Source: Antedon mediterranea (taxonomy: Eukaryota > Animalia > Echinodermata). From it: 64,000 nucleotides of DNA. Of this stretch, positions 62,793 to 64,000 are shown one piece after another (the first letter of the stretch is position 1; each line of letters starts with the position of its first letter). The notes under the pieces are model-generated. The model was not told the origin of the DNA, searched no databases, and worked only from the letters and a program-made list of their open reading frames with translations. The position numbers were made by a program, and so were the translations under genes. The stretch spans positions 34,717,648 to 34,781,647 of the forward strand of contig NC_092673.1 in assembly GCF_964355755.1 (NCBI RefSeq). Direction: 5' to 3'.

Positions 62793-64000
62793 TGCTCAAT
62801 ATTTATCTAGCAAAAAATATTTTTAAAAGATTAAATCAAATTGGTAAGCAGCCATTATAAAGAAGAGGATTTCTGTGAAATAACTATGACAATTCATCAG
62901 TATTATCGAACAGACTAAACTATATGCGCACCTTCTTATTGTAGCATAGTGCCTTTGATGTTCCTATTTTCAACACATTCTGATACTAGAAGATACAGTC
63001 TGACTGGCTCATACTTAAATCTTATTTGGATTACATTTCAACAGTACACATGTTGCTATAACAGCAATTAATTCGCGATAACCTCAACACAAGACTATAT
63101 ATATTCTTTACTCTGATATAGTTATAGATTTATATACAATAAGCAATGAATTGTTTAAATGACTGCTGTAGTTTCACTAATATTTTGTCACACATATTCC
63201 GTTTGATTACATCTTCAACCCATTGATGGGGTTGTATGCTTTATGATAGCTTTTTGCGATCTTCTTTGAACACATTGCTTTATAATTACCTTTTTGTTGA
63301 TTGTCATTGTGCAAGTGAAGCTGCTGTTTTTGTTCGTGTAGTTTGTAAATCCTAATAGGTTTACAATTTGTTGCTGTACTGTAGTTTGTCTAATTTTATG
63401 AACTGTAAACTAAAAAAAAATATATTTATTATTAATATTATTATCATCTGTTGTGATTGCACCTGTGACTGTGATTCCATTCTGCAGATAAGTCATGCAT
63501 TCAAAATGCTGCATCAATATATTTATATTTAATAACTTTGTGCTTTTTGCATTGCCAAATTGTTAACCCGTTTTGTATCAGGACAACAACAATAACTGGT
63601 TATAAATGGCACACCTAGCACTTTCTATATCATTCATTGAATGGTTATATAATTATTCATTTTTATTTTGGTTAATTCTTTTATATTTTATGCTAATCCA
63701 GTGCTAGTATAATGACTCCCATCATTATTATACTAACACTGGTTAACAAACATTATATGGAATCAATTTTCACAGACGACTGATTAATTAAACAAATCTT
63801 ACATTTATAAAATGAATTTAAAAAGTCTGCAGTGAAAAATTAATTGAATATGTATAGTTAATAGTTTATATGTAAATAAAGAAACATCAGAATAAATTAC
63901 GGTAGATAAAATGAAATTTGTGAAGCACTGGTGTATCAGGCGACTCTTATCCCTTCATATTATCAAATCCATTTTGTAAATTAAACAAAGACTGTACATA

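Overview
AT-rich, intron-rich animal genomic DNA, not prokaryotic. Gene content and repeat style suggest an invertebrate deuterostome, possibly an echinoderm (inference only). Six spliced protein-coding genes can be built by hand from GT-AG junctions. (1) A large minus-strand gene with ankyrin, ARM-like, REM-like and FERM-central regions that runs off the left edge. (2) A Myb/SANT-like (MSANTD/trihelix-type) DNA-binding protein. (3) CHMP3/VPS24. (4) A TMED9/TMED4-type p24 protein. (5) RAB28 (minus strand). (6) An MXD/MXI1 (Mad) bHLH-ZIP repressor. Introns and intergenic DNA are full of non-autonomous DNA transposons (TWA-target PIF/Harbinger-like MITEs, TTAA-target Kolobok-like MITEs, a Helentron/HINE-like element, a 2.6-kb TIR element) and very homogeneous minisatellites. 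The most notable observations are: 20-24 bp palindromes flanked by perfect 7-8 bp target-site duplications (probable P-element-type excision scars); tandem repeats that start exactly at transposon ends; a 927-bp MITE duplicated inside a 16-bp minisatellite; and a 2.6-kb TIR element holding two convergent truncated spliced ORFs. No CRISPR array, rRNA or intact tRNA was found.
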